A stretch of DNA of 64,000 nucleotides from Trueperaceae bacterium (GCA_965214405.1 OZ243956.1:2592001-2656000), one strand, 5' to 3'; counted from the first letter of the stretch, positions 40,398 through 50,175 are shown. Made by a program: numbers and translations. Notes: generated from the sequence alone by a model not told the origin.

Positions 40398-41105
40398 ATG
40401 CAACACGCCATCCTCACCAAAAACCTCAGCAAGTCGTACGGGCGCACCCCGGCGCTTCAGGACGTGTGTCTGAGGGTGCCCGTCGGCACCGTTTACGCGC
40501 TCCTTGGGCCCAACGGCGCGGGCAAGAGCACCACGCTGGCTATCTTGCTCGGGCTACTCCCCGCGAGTGCGGGCAGCGTCGAGCTGTTTGGCGAGCCCTG
40601 GACGCGGGACGCGCTGGAGCGCATCGGCGCGAGCATCAACGGTCCCGCGCTCTACGCGCACTTGAGCGCGCGGGAAAACCTCGAGATCCACACGTGCTTA
40701 CTGGGTCTTTCGCCTCAAAGGATTGGGGAGACGCTCGAGCAAGTGGGCCTCAGCGACACCGGGCGCAAACCCGCCGGAAGGTTTAGCACCGGCATGAAAA
40801 GCCGCCTCACGCTCGCCATCGCCTTGTTAAACAAGCCCGATTTGTTGATTTTAGACGAGCCTCAAAATGGCCTAGATCCCGAGGGCATCCGCGAATTGCG
40901 AACGCTGCTGCGTGGTTACGCAGGCGAAGGACGCACCGTCCTCATCTCGAGCCACCTCCTCGGCGAGGTCGTCCAACTTGCCGAGGAGATAGGCGTCATC
41001 GCTCACGGGCGCTTGCGTTATCAGGGGCCGCGTTCAGAACTCGCGCCGACGGGGACGGAACTCGAAGAGGCGTATTTGGCCCTCACCCAAAGGGCCGCCA
41101 CGTGA
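40398..41105 (+). CDS. Lantibiotic-protection-type ABC ATPase (LanF-like)
   Basis: GPNGAGKST, FSTGMK, LILDEPQNGLDPEGI. Confidence 0.85.
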   Translation: MQHAILTKNLSKSYGRTPALQDVCLRVPVGTVYALLGPNGAGKSTTLAILLGLLPASAGSVELFGEPWTRDALERIGASINGPALYAHLSARENLEIHTCLLGLSPQRIGETLEQVGLSDTGRKPAGRFSTGMKSRLTLAIALLNKPDLLILDEPQNGLDPEGIRELRTLLRGYAGEGRTVLISSHLLGEVVQLAEEIGVIAHGRLRYQGPRSELAPTGTELEEAYLALTQRAAT

Positions 41106-42553
41106 GAGCCGCGCTACGCGCCGAACGCCTCAAGCTGCGCCGCAGCGGGGTGGCCTGGTTGCCGCTTTTTGGTCTCTTTGTAGGTTTATTAGAAGTCGGA
41201 CTCTTCATTCTTAGCTCCGACGCCGCGCCTGCCTGGCAAAATCTAACCGCTTGGCAGAACCTGTGAATTACTTTTTTATCGCCGCTCACCCTGGCGCTGT
41301 TGGCTGGCGTCACGTCGCTTCGTGAGGCTCGAGCCCGCGGCGGCGGCACCTGGTGGCGGCCCGTCGCGCCGCTCTCCTTGCACCTAGCCGAATTTGCGGG
41401 TCTCGCGGCGCTTGCACTTCTCACCACGGCCTTTGTCGTCCTCATCAGCTTGCCTTTCGGGGTTGTAATGCAGCTTTCCGGCACCCCGTCGCTGGCTCGC
41501 CTCCTAAATCTCGTGTTGACGCTGTGGTTCACGTCGCTGCCCGTCCTGGCGCTTTATCAGGGAATCGCGCATTTAGTCGGGCTCATCGGCAGTCTCATGG
41601 CGGGCCTCATCGGCGCGATGGTCTACGTTTTTTTTGATGTTCTCGGCCCGGAAGGATTGCTCTGGTGGCTCAATCCCTGGGCGTGGCCGGTGCGGGCGAC
41701 GCTGAAATTGGCGGGAACGCACGCGAACGGGCTGCTGCTCGAGCCCACCAGCCCCGTGTGGACCCTTCTCGTCTGGCCCGCGCTGCTCCTCGCCGCCCTC
41801 ATGACGCCCGTCTTTTTGCTTTTGAGTGCGCGGATGCCCCGTGAACGTCACACTTTTTCTCTTCCCTTTGCTTCTCGCCACCGCCAAAATACCGCTAGCG
41901 TCAGCGTTAGAACTTACCGCCGCAGCCTATTGAAGAGTGAATGGACTAAGTACCGTCACACCATTCTGCCGTGGCTCACGCTGGTAACGCCCCTCTTTTT
42001 CGCGCTCGTCGCGGTGGGGTGGGGTGCGCTCAGCGCCTGGCAGCTCTGGGCGCTGCTCGCGCTTCCCTTCGGCGCGGCGCTCTTACCAAGCGTCGCGTGG
42101 TCGTGGGAGGGGGACGCGTGGCGCGCCCTGCGGACGCGGCGCGTCTCCACCGCAAAGCTTTACGTTGCCAAACTGACGGTTCTCTGGCTGCACGGAAATA
42201 TAAGCGCGCTACTTCTCGCGTTCGCCCTCGGATGGCTGGGGTTGGCCTGGCACACGCTTTCTTACCTCCTCATCCTGCACGCCTCTGTGAGCTTCCTTCT
42301 ACTTGCGCTGCACCTGCCCCTCGCCGCCCGCTTCGGGGCGGGCGTGTCGCTGGGCGTCGGAACCGTGATAACGCTGCTCGCGCTCATTTTGGGCGCTACA
42401 GGCTTAGGTGACGGGGTATGGCCCCTCTTCCCCTGGGTTTGGGTCTGGTCGCCCGTCGCGTTTGGCGTGTCCATCATCCCCTTTGTCGCGGTGGCGGGCG
42501 CGCTGGGCCTGGGGCTTACCTGGGCGGGCTCGAGCGTCGCCAAGCGGTTTTAG
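41102..42553 (+). pseudogene. Fused LanE-LanG-like ABC permease with one in-frame TGA
   Basis: GTG start RAERLKLRRS; TGA at 41264-41266; same frame continues; second repeat SEWTKYRHT. Confidence 0.72.
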
Positions 42554-43725
42554 ATTCTCCTCTCCCCCACAGGCACCCAGCCCCGCCCGCGCGCCCCGCC
42601 GTAAAGCGTGCTCGGGCGGATGAGTTCGTCCTCCTCGAGCTGCTCCAACACGTGCGCCGTCCAGCCGCCCACGCGCGAAAGGGCGAAAATGGAAGAAAAT
42701 AAGCGGGAGTCCAAACCGACGCCGTGCAAGACAAGCGCGGTGTAAAACTCTACGTTTGTCTGTAAGCTGAGATTGGGTTTGTGCGCCTTGAGGAGGCGCA
42801 GAACCACGTCTTCGACTCTCTTCGCATCTTCGTAAAGTTGTACATCCTCCGCCCTAAAAAGCGTCTCAGCCGCGCCGCTCAGCACGTCGGCCCTGGGGTC
42901 GCGCACCCGGTACACGCGGTGACCGAACCCCATGATGCGCTCTCCCTGGGATAGCCTCTCACCCACCCAAGCCTCGGCCTCTTCTGAAACGCTCCGGCTC
43001 GAGCTTTGCGCGCGCCCCTGAATCTCAAACACCATGTCCATCGCGGGACCCGGCGCGCCGCCGTGGAGGGGACCTTTAAGCGCGCCTACCGCGCCGACCA
43101 CCGCTGAAACCAGGTCCGAACGCGTCGAGGCGATCACGCGCGCCGCGAAAGTCGAGGCGTTCATGCCGTGGTCAATGACGGTGTTGAGGTAGGTCTCGAG
43201 CCCCCGCACCACCGCCTCGGAGGGTGCCTCGCCGGTGAGCATATACAAGAAGTTTTCGGCGTGGCCTAAGTCGGGATTGGGCTCGAGCGGCGCGTCCTCG
43301 TGCAACAAACGCCAGTACGCCGCGAGCACCGTCGGGAAGCGGGCGACGAGGCCGAGGGCGCGCTTTAGGTTGGCCTCTCGAGAGGTATTTTCGGCGTCCG
43401 CATCCACCAGGCTGAGCGTGTCCGCACCCATACGTAGAGCGTCCATCGGCGGCAGCTTGCGCTTGGCGGCCTCTCCTAACACCGTCAGCGTCACCTCGGG
43501 CAAGTCACGGTTGGCGGCCATCTCAGCGCGGAGGGCGTTAAGCTCGCGCTCGTTCGGCAGGCGGTCGTGCCACAGCAGGTACAGCACCTCTTCAAAGGTC
43601 GCGTTGGGGGCCAGCTCCTCCACCGGAAAGCCGCCGATAACCAGCTTTCCCGCCTCACCGTCGATCATGCTCAGGCGCGTTTCGGTCAGCACCACGCCTC
43701 GTAATCCTCGAGCGACTGTCGTCAT
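42550..43725 (-). CDS. Citrate/2-methylcitrate synthase
   Basis: DHGMNAST, GPLHGGA, GFGHRVY..DPR, NVEFY. Confidence 0.93.
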   Translation of the reverse strand: MTTVARGLRGVVLTETRLSMIDGEAGKLVIGGFPVEELAPNATFEEVLYLLWHDRLPNERELNALRAEMAANRDLPEVTLTVLGEAAKRKLPPMDALRMGADTLSLVDADAENTSREANLKRALGLVARFPTVLAAYWRLLHEDAPLEPNPDLGHAENFLYMLTGEAPSEAVVRGLETYLNTVIDHGMNASTFAARVIASTRSDLVSAVVGAVGALKGPLHGGAPGPAMDMVFEIQGRAQSSSRSVSEEAEAWVGERLSQGERIMGFGHRVYRVRDPRADVLSGAAETLFRAEDVQLYEDAKRVEDVVLRLLKAHKPNLSLQTNVEFYTALVLHGVGLDSRLFSSIFALSRVGGWTAHVLEQLEEDELIRPSTLYGGARGRGWVPVGERRI

Positions 43726-43788
43726 ATGCCCTCCTTTTGGTTGCTGGAATTTTTGAAACTTGAATGAGGTTTGGTGAGGGCTCGAGCC

Positions 43789-44409
43789 CTAATCCGCGCC
43801 CGCGGGCACGTTATGGTCATAAGGCCAGGGGCTGTCGAAAAGGGGTCTGGCGTAAGAAGGTTGGGGCGTATCCAGCAGCTCGGGGTGAACCAGCGTGAGG
43901 TGATAGTCCGCGCCTTGGTAGCTTTCCAATGTCGCTGGTACGCAGCGAAAATCTTCTCCCAGCAAGACCTCCGCCCGCTCCGCCAGCACCGCCGCCTGCA
44001 AGGGCGTACGCGCTAGCACCGCGACGTTTAGGGGCGAACGCCCGCCACGCAGATTGGCCTGCGCGGCGAAGAGCTTGATGACCTCGTTGACGTCCAGCCC
44101 GGACGCCGCCACGCTCTCCGCAAAACCCGCCGCAAGGTGGACGCCTAAACTTTCCTCAGCGGACCTGGGCGGCGCAGGCGCGACGCGCGTGCCCGCCCGC
44201 CGCCGCTGCACGAGGTAACCCTCGGCCTCGAGCGCCCGATAAGCCGCCGCCACGGTGTTATAGTTAACATTCAATGAGTTGGCTAGTTCATTGGCAGTGG
44301 GTAAGAGTTCATCCGACAACAGCTTTGCATCGTGAATGAGTACATGAATTTGCGTGCTGATCTGCTCTCCTATCGGAACGAAACTTTGCTTGTCGAGCAC
44401 AATGTTCAT
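43789..44409 (-). CDS. GntR family regulator
   Basis: LPTANELA..LNVNYNTVAAAYRALEAEG...GTRV. Confidence 0.88.
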   Translation of the reverse strand: MNIVLDKQSFVPIGEQISTQIHVLIHDAKLLSDELLPTANELANSLNVNYNTVAAAYRALEAEGYLVQRRRAGTRVAPAPPRSAEESLGVHLAAGFAESVAASGLDVNEVIKLFAAQANLRGGRSPLNVAVLARTPLQAAVLAERAEVLLGEDFRCVPATLESYQGADYHLTLVHPELLDTPQPSYARPLFDSPWPYDHNVPAGAD

Positions 44410-44543
44410 GAGCCATATTAACTACTACGCTAAGCAAAAGCAAGTCATAGGATCAGAAGTTAGTCTGGTACTCCCTCTTTTTTACAAGCGCTCACTATTG
44501 CCTCTTTAACACCCTGCAAAAGGAGGAGTGGTAAGCTTGGGGC

Positions 44544-45419
44544 GTGCCCGCCTGTGACGCTCCCCTCGGTGTTTTCGACTCCGGCGTGGGGGGGCTTACC
44601 GTACTAAGCGCGCTTCAGAAAGCTTTACCCTTTGAAAACTTTATCTACCTTGGCGACACGGCGAGGGTGCCCTATGGGGGCAAGCCGCTCGAGATGGTGC
44701 GCGCTTTTGCGTTAGAAATCTCTCACGAACTCCTCCGCCGGGGCGTCAAGGGCGTCGTCGTCGCCTGTAACACCGCCGCGGCGGCGAGCCTGCCCGAGCT
44801 TGCGGACGCGCTCCCCGTGCCCGTCTGGGGCGTGATCGAACCCGGCGTGGCGGCGGCGCGTCGCGTCGTCACCCAGGGCAGAGTCGGGGTGCTGGGGACG
44901 GTGGGGACGCTTCGTTCGGGGGCGTATCAGCGGGGGCTCGAGGCGGCGGGTTTAGAGGTGTGGACAAAAGCCTGCCCCTTGTTTGTGCCCATTGTCGAGG
45001 AGGGCGTGGCAGACGGGGCCATCGCCAAGCTTGTGGCGGAGCATTATTTGGGAGACCGACCGGCGCTTTCGGCGGTCATCCTGGGCTGCACCCATTATCC
45101 CGCGCTCAAAAACGTTTTGCATAGCGTTTTGGGGCCGACGGTCGCCCTGCTCGATTCGGCGGAGGAAACCGCCAACGTGGTCGCTCGAGATTTACGCACC
45201 CTCTCCCTCACCCGTTCCACCACGTCAGCCGCACTCGGCACCGTCCATCACCTCGTCAGCGGCGACGTTCCCAGCTACCTCCATACCGCTCAAATCTTGG
45301 GCGGCCCCGCTGGAACGGTCGAGCGCATCCACTGGCGCGGTTCACACGCCGAAGCGGAGAGCGCAGCGGGTATGGTTGACACCACGGTTCATCTACTCGC
45401 CGACGCCTACGAAAATTAA
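44544..45419 (+). CDS. murI: Glutamate racemase
   Basis: FDSGVGGL, VACNT, LGCTHYP. Confidence 0.96.
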   Translation: MPACDAPLGVFDSGVGGLTVLSALQKALPFENFIYLGDTARVPYGGKPLEMVRAFALEISHELLRRGVKGVVVACNTAAAASLPELADALPVPVWGVIEPGVAAARRVVTQGRVGVLGTVGTLRSGAYQRGLEAAGLEVWTKACPLFVPIVEEGVADGAIAKLVAEHYLGDRPALSAVILGCTHYPALKNVLHSVLGPTVALLDSAEETANVVARDLRTLSLTRSTTSAALGTVHHLVSGDVPSYLHTAQILGGPAGTVERIHWRGSHAEAESAAGMVDTTVHLLADAYEN

Positions 45420-45436
45420 GACGGAAAAGTTGTGAT

Positions 45437-46150
45437 ATGAGACAAAACAGACCCGACCAGCAAGTGAGAGACATCACCGTGACCCCGAACTACAACCGCT
45501 ACGCCGAGGGCTCGGCGCTTGTGGCGTGGGGGCACACGACGGTGCTGGCGACCGTCACTATCGAGAACAAGCTGCCGCCCCACCTGCGGAACGTCAAGGG
45601 ACAGCGCGCGGGCTGGCTCACCGCGGAATATGCGCTCTTGCCTCGAGCCACCCACGAGCGATCAATGCGCGAACGCCTCTATTCGGGCGGGCGCACGCAG
45701 GAGATTCAGCGGCTCATCGGGCGCGCCCTACGGAGCGTGACTGATTTGTCGCTCTTTGCCAACAAGACCTTGACCGTGGACATCGACGTGCTCCAGGCGG
45801 ACGGCGGCACGCGCTGCGCGGGCATCTTGGCGGGCTACGCCGCGCTGCACGAGGCGGCGAACCGGCTCGTCCAGGCGGGCGCTTTGGACGAGTGGCCGCT
45901 CACGCACGAACTCGCCGCGGTGAGCGTCGGGGTGATAGGCGAGCGCGTGCTCGTCGATCTGGAATATAGCGAGGACGTGGTGGCCGAGGTCGACCTCAAC
46001 GTGGTCGGCACCGCCGACGGCGCGCTTATCGAAGTCCAGGGCGGCGGCGAGGAGCGGCCCATCCCCGCCGAGACGTATGTGGGGCTCGTGGTCTCGGGTC
46101 TCACGGCGGTGGGGACGATTCTGGAGCGCGTCCGCCCGCAACTCGCATGA
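45437..46150 (+). CDS. rph: Ribonuclease PH
   Basis: AEGSAL, GWLTAEY, GRTQEIQRLIGRALR, QADGGTR. Confidence 0.96.
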   Translation: MRQNRPDQQVRDITVTPNYNRYAEGSALVAWGHTTVLATVTIENKLPPHLRNVKGQRAGWLTAEYALLPRATHERSMRERLYSGGRTQEIQRLIGRALRSVTDLSLFANKTLTVDIDVLQADGGTRCAGILAGYAALHEAANRLVQAGALDEWPLTHELAAVSVGVIGERVLVDLEYSEDVVAEVDLNVVGTADGALIEVQGGGEERPIPAETYVGLVVSGLTAVGTILERVRPQLA

Positions 46151-46767
46151 GCAAACTTGTGTTAGCCACCGCCAACGAGGGCAAGGTGCGCGAGTTCCAA
46201 CAAACTTTAGCGGATACCTCCCTCACCCTCCTGTCGGCTGCTGAAGCGGGCGTGACGGCGTTTCCCCAAGAAACGGGCTCGAGCTACGAAGAAAACGCGC
46301 TCGGCAAGGCGGGTTACGTGGCGCTTCAGACGCGGCTGCCGAGTCTGGGCGACGATTCGGGGCTCGAGGTAGACGCGCTTGACGGCGCGCCCGGCCTCTA
46401 CTCTGCGCGGTTTGGCGGCAAGGTGAGTAGCGGCGAGCGCATCGCCTATCTTCTCGCCAAGCTGCGCCGGGTGCCGCCGGAGGCGCGGGGGGCGCGGTTT
46501 GTTTGCGTCCTCGTGCTCGCCACGCCCAACGGCGGGATGTGGACCTTTCGGGGCGAGAGTGAGGGGAGGCTGCTCGAGGGGCCGCGCGGCGAGAGCGGGT
46601 TTGGCTACGACCCCGTTTTTTACTCGCCGGACTTAGGCAAGACCTTTGCGGAGGCCACGCCCGAAGAGAAACGCAGCGTGAGCCACCGGGGGCGTGCGCT
46701 CGAGGCTTTTCGTGCCTGGCTGGATACGCCTCGAGCGGCAAAGGTGTTTGAGGGTGGAACGAAGTAG
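46147..46767 (+). CDS. rdgB: Non-canonical purine NTP pyrophosphatase
   Basis: DDSGLEVDAL, GFGYDP, SHRG; murI-rph-rdgB synteny. Confidence 0.95.
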   Translation: MSKLVLATANEGKVREFQQTLADTSLTLLSAAEAGVTAFPQETGSSYEENALGKAGYVALQTRLPSLGDDSGLEVDALDGAPGLYSARFGGKVSSGERIAYLLAKLRRVPPEARGARFVCVLVLATPNGGMWTFRGESEGRLLEGPRGESGFGYDPVFYSPDLGKTFAEATPEEKRSVSHRGRALEAFRAWLDTPRAAKVFEGGTK

Positions 46768-46791
46768 CGCCTACCACCCGCAATGTTTAAC

Positions 46792-47247
46792 TCACCCCTT
46801 CGCTCTCTCGACCAGAGCCGCGAGTCTTTTTTCGAAGCTAAAGGGACCGAGGGGCTCGAGAACAATCTGCCGAAAGTCTTTATGGTCCGGGTTGAGCAGG
46901 ACGTTGTAACTTTCGGGCGCGACAACTGACGGAACACGCAAGGCTGCGCTTTGCGCCTCGCGGACCCAGGCGTCACCATATGCCCGCGTGGCCTCTTTGT
47001 TGTGAAGGTCAAAGTCAGCGGGCGCGTCAAGTGCGAGCGCCTCACCGAAGGTGCAGCGGTAGAGGCTATAGCCCTGCAAGCTCGCATAGATTTCCCAGCC
47101 CGCCAAGATTTCCAGCGCGGCCAAAGCGGCGTGTTCGGCTGTATACACCATAACCGTCCCCTCACCATTCCAGCGCCCCGGTGCGCCGCGTGGTCTAAAG
47201 GCGGCGCTTAAGCTTTCGGTAAAGGCTAAGCGATACGTCTTCAACAC
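46792..47247 (-). CDS. RES domain toxin
   Basis: GRWN, YTAE...LE, VPS...NVLLNP.H. Confidence 0.88.
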   Translation of the reverse strand: MLKTYRLAFTESLSAAFRPRGAPGRWNGEGTVMVYTAEHAALAALEILAGWEIYASLQGYSLYRCTFGEALALDAPADFDLHNKEATRAYGDAWVREAQSAALRVPSVVAPESYNVLLNPDHKDFRQIVLEPLGPFSFEKRLAALVERAKG

Positions 47248-47251
47248 ACCC

Positions 47252-47686
47252 TCAAAGAAAAGTGCCGTCCTCCAGGGCGGTAAGCATGTTCTGGAGCTTG
47301 CCTACACCCACACGCGTGGCGAGCAGGTCTATGGGTCTGGCCCCGTCCAGCGCACCCTTGGGGCTAACGAACCACGCCTCAGCCCCCGCCTGCCCGAGCA
47401 CGCTTGCCACGCGGGCGAACAGGGTCAAGGCGCTGTGGGTGCGGTCTAAAAGTTCAACGTTCATCGCCGGGTTCTTGCTCTTGCGCGAGCGGCTGATGCC
47501 CAAGACGCCCAGCGCCTCGGTTTTGCTGACGCCGAGCAGGCTGGCGAGCCGCGCCAAAACCCTGTCCACCGACGGCTCGCCCACGGTGGTCTGGCTGAGA
47601 ACGGCGTCCGCCACGCCCTCCGGTGTTGTGGCTAGCACCTGCGCGAAGAGGGCGTCGCGGGTCTGAACAAAAGAGGTTTGTGCCAT
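47252..47686 (-). CDS. Xre/MbcA/ParS-type antitoxin (DUF2384)
   Basis: AWF.SP..ALDGARPIDLL C-terminal motif; TGCTATAAT extended -10 box 7 nt before ATG. Confidence 0.88.
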   Translation of the reverse strand: MAQTSFVQTRDALFAQVLATTPEGVADAVLSQTTVGEPSVDRVLARLASLLGVSKTEALGVLGISRSRKSKNPAMNVELLDRTHSALTLFARVASVLGQAGAEAWFVSPKGALDGARPIDLLATRVGVGKLQNMLTALEDGTFL

Positions 47687-47750
47687 GTTCAACATTATAG
47701 CATGAAGTTTCAACACCACCTGAACCTGATTGGTTTAGATAGGCTCAGAG

Positions 47751-47790
47751 ACGCTGAAGCAGCGACAGGTTGGTGTGGCTGCTTCAGCGT
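47751..47790. terminator. Hairpin at distal end of cassette array
   Basis: ACGCTGAAGCAGC / GCTGCTTCAGCGT 13-bp perfect stem. Confidence 0.55.
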
Positions 47791-47861
47791 TAATATCATC
47801 GAAAATAGATACCCACTTCACGTCGTTCCTTTTAACGCACGTAGCCAAGCCGCGAGCAACG

Positions 47862-47957
47862 GCACAACGCCAAGCTCAGCGGCGGCAGGGGCCAACGAGA
47901 GCTAAAACTCGCAATAACCAGTCCGGCTCTGCTGTCCGCTGCAGCGTTTAGTTCGGC
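47862..47957 (-). other. attC site
   Basis: Minus strand: R'' GCCGAAC ... R' GTTGTGC; L arms GCTGCAGCGG / CCGCTGAGC with extrahelical G. Confidence 0.88.
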
Positions 47958-47973
47958 GTCCAGGCTGCACCGC

Positions 47974-48462
47974 TCAGACCACCCGCACATGCCCAGCCGG
48001 GTACGACCCCGCCCACCCGACCGGCCACCGCCCGCGGTCGTACCACGGCAGCAGGCCGCAGAAGAACCCCGGCTCGCTGACGGCCCGCTCGCACGCTGCC
48101 CACGCCAAGTCGCGCTTGACGCTATGCGCCGCCTCCCGCTCCCACTCGATGCGGGTCGGGTCGCCGTCTGGGGCGAAGCGGCCGTAGTACGCCACCAGCG
48201 GGTCGAACCGAAGCAAGTTTTCATCAATCACGGTCGCCACCTCGTCGATGATGCCGTCGATCTGCGGGTCGGTGAGATAGCGGCGGGCAACCTCCTCGGC
48301 CCCGTGCGTCCGCTCCGACCAAAAATCCACGTCGAGGAACACCGGGGCGTCGGACTGGCCGACCACCTCGGGCACATCACCAGGGGCACCGATGTGGACA
48401 AGCATCGGGAACCGGCGCAGCCACGCGGCGTACTCGTCGCGGACGTTGTGCCATCTATTCAC
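47974..48462 (-). CDS. Integron cassette ORF, hypothetical (GC-rich)
   Basis: Bounded by GTTCGGC core (48484-48478) and attC R'' GCCGAAC; ends WYDRGRWPVGW. Confidence 0.75.
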   Translation of the reverse strand: MNRWHNVRDEYAAWLRRFPMLVHIGAPGDVPEVVGQSDAPVFLDVDFWSERTHGAEEVARRYLTDPQIDGIIDEVATVIDENLLRFDPLVAYYGRFAPDGDPTRIEWEREAAHSVKRDLAWAACERAVSEPGFFCGLLPWYDRGRWPVGWAGSYPAGHVRVV

Positions 48463-48477
48463 CGCGAGAAGCCCGCC

Positions 48478-48588
48478 GCCGAACAGATTGAGTTCAGGGG
48501 TGTGAACCCTACGGCTTCCACGAGTGAATTAAGTCTAAAGTGTAATTCTGTCAAAACAGTTCACATCCTCTGCAACGCCTAGTTAGAT
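48478..48588 (-). other. attC site
   Basis: Minus strand: R'' ATCTAAC ... R' GTTCGGC; arms GTTGCAGAGGATGTGAAC / GTTCACACCCCTGAAC with extrahelical G. Confidence 0.85.
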
Positions 48589-48611
48589 GACCAACACATG
48601 ATACGAAACCT

Positions 48612-49499
48612 CTAACTGCTTGGGTCGGCTCTTAGTGCTTCCGTCGCAAGCATGTCACCTGCGTCCCATAGCCTTCGTAATTTAGCAAAAATAGGCAAAC
48701 AATCGCGCTCACCTTCGGTCAAGGGCCGAAGAGACTCGTAGCCCCGAAAAAAGGCTTTTTGAAGCGCGTCAGGTGCATAATGAAAAAGAGACAAATCATA
48801 AGCGCGCCAACCATATCCACAATGGTCAAAGTCAAAAAAGGTTACTTGATTTTCTTGAAAGTGCATATTGCCAGGGTGTAAGTCACCATGAATGATGCCG
48901 TATTCATCATTATCAATGCTTAGACTTTTTACTGCGCTCACTAAATCAGGTATGGAAGGTAGAGAGGCAAGAAGCTCCTGTCCCTGTTCACTATTGTCTT
49001 TTTCAATTAACCTCAGTGGTTCATCCACGAGATATTTAAGGTTTAGGTGATAACGTTCATGATTTGAAGAAAAGTCATTGGCAGCAAGATGAAAAGCGGC
49101 AATAGTTTTCCCCACTTCCAAAATTTGTTCAGTTGTAACAGATTCCTCAGTTGCTTCTCCGCCTGGGGCAAATGAAAAAAGTGCCGTAGCTCGTTTACCT
49201 AAAGCAGTGGAAGTCCAGCCAAGCAACTCACTATTATCCATACGGATGGGATGAGAAACAGGGATGTTTTGTACTTGTAAATAGTCAAGCAGGTCAAGCT
49301 CGAACTGAAAAGCTTCAGGTGAGTCAACATAGTATTTTCCATTTAAGTACACCCTGAAAATGTACCTTGCTTGCCCAGCTTTAATAAGGTAGTGATCGTT
49401 AAAACCGCGCCTGATTAAAGCACAAGTTTGCGGTGTGTCTAAAGAATACTTGGCTCGCACAAGCTCGAGCACTTCATCCGATTTGAGTAAGGTATTCAT
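48612..49499 (-). CDS. Integron cassette ORF: APH/homoserine kinase type II-like phosphotransferase (AT-rich)
   Basis: GGAGA RBS; HGDLHPGN Brenner motif, FFDFD, GYGWRAYDL. Confidence 0.87.
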   Translation of the reverse strand: MNTLLKSDEVLELVRAKYSLDTPQTCALIRRGFNDHYLIKAGQARYIFRVYLNGKYYVDSPEAFQFELDLLDYLQVQNIPVSHPIRMDNSELLGWTSTALGKRATALFSFAPGGEATEESVTTEQILEVGKTIAAFHLAANDFSSNHERYHLNLKYLVDEPLRLIEKDNSEQGQELLASLPSIPDLVSAVKSLSIDNDEYGIIHGDLHPGNMHFQENQVTFFDFDHCGYGWRAYDLSLFHYAPDALQKAFFRGYESLRPLTEGERDCLPIFAKLRRLWDAGDMLATEALRADPSS

Positions 49500-49509
49500 G
49501 GATTCTCCT

Positions 49510-49581
49510 ACAGTGGCGACCACGCAAGCCTTGCGCATGAAAGTGTCGCTATTCCGCGTCCGGTGCAAAGGGTTGTTCGGC
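49510..49581 (-). other. Truncated attC (left half only)
   Basis: Minus strand: GCCGAAC-AACCC-TTTGCACCGG then GCGAC..GTCGC stem; L'/R' arm missing. Confidence 0.65.
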
Positions 49582-49607
49582 GGCGGTTTCTGTTATACCT
49601 CGCTTGC

Positions 49608-50027
49608 CTACTGTGGCGTACGCCTGCCAAGGAACTTTGCAACCCACATCACCAGCATCGCCACCGCAACATGCACCACGATGATACTGCCGTCAGACAA
49701 CACATTAAACCAGAAACCGAAACGCTGCGGGTCTGGTCCCCACAGCCAATCGTATAGGAACTGAATCAGCAGAACCGCTAGCAGGTCAAGAACAGTTACC
49801 GTCGCCAGCAGCGCCGCAGCGTATTGCCACCACAGATGGCGGCGAGCAAATCTAGGCAGAAGAAGCAGGCTGTTAACATAGACCGCGAGCGCAGAGGCAA
49901 ATACCAACACCGCCGTAGCTAACACGGCAAGGGCTGGAGTCGGCTGGTACTGATGAGTAGCCGCAAGCCAAAAGGCAAACACACCGAGCCACACCGCCAG
50001 ATGTAACGCTATACGCTTGAAAGACAT
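49608..50027 (-). CDS. Integron cassette ORF, 4-TM membrane protein
   Basis: GGAGG upstream; four hydrophobic segments; follows GTTCAGC core at 50065-50059. Confidence 0.75.
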   Translation of the reverse strand: MSFKRIALHLAVWLGVFAFWLAATHQYQPTPALAVLATAVLVFASALAVYVNSLLLLPRFARRHLWWQYAAALLATVTVLDLLAVLLIQFLYDWLWGPDPQRFGFWFNVLSDGSIIVVHVAVAMLVMWVAKFLGRRTPQ

Positions 50028-50058
50028 TCTGCCTTACGCAACCTCCATTAAGGGAGGC

Positions 50059-50088
50059 GCTGAACTACTGATTATCAGACGTTTATCC
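50059..50088 (-). other. Internal attI-like site (second copy)
   Basis: 22/26 identity (50063-50088) to 50605-50630; ends in GTTCAGC core. Confidence 0.6.
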
Positions 50089-50156
50089 TCAACAGCCAGC
50101 ATCGTTTCAAAGGAGATGCAGCCTGGGTAAAGCATAGGCAAAACTTTTTTAGACAT
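50089..50156 (-). pseudogene. Truncated, frameshifted cassette ORF (DJ-1/PfpI-like start)
   Basis: MSKKVFA then, after a frameshift, MLYPGCISFETMLAVE; cut at the attI-like copy. Confidence 0.45.
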
Positions 50157-50175
50157 GAGCACCTTTCATAGAGGG

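Noticed and set aside
41264..41266. Selenocysteine recoding of the permease TGA
   Set aside because: The context is a membrane protein position fitting Trp rather than Cys, and no convincing SECIS hairpin follows.
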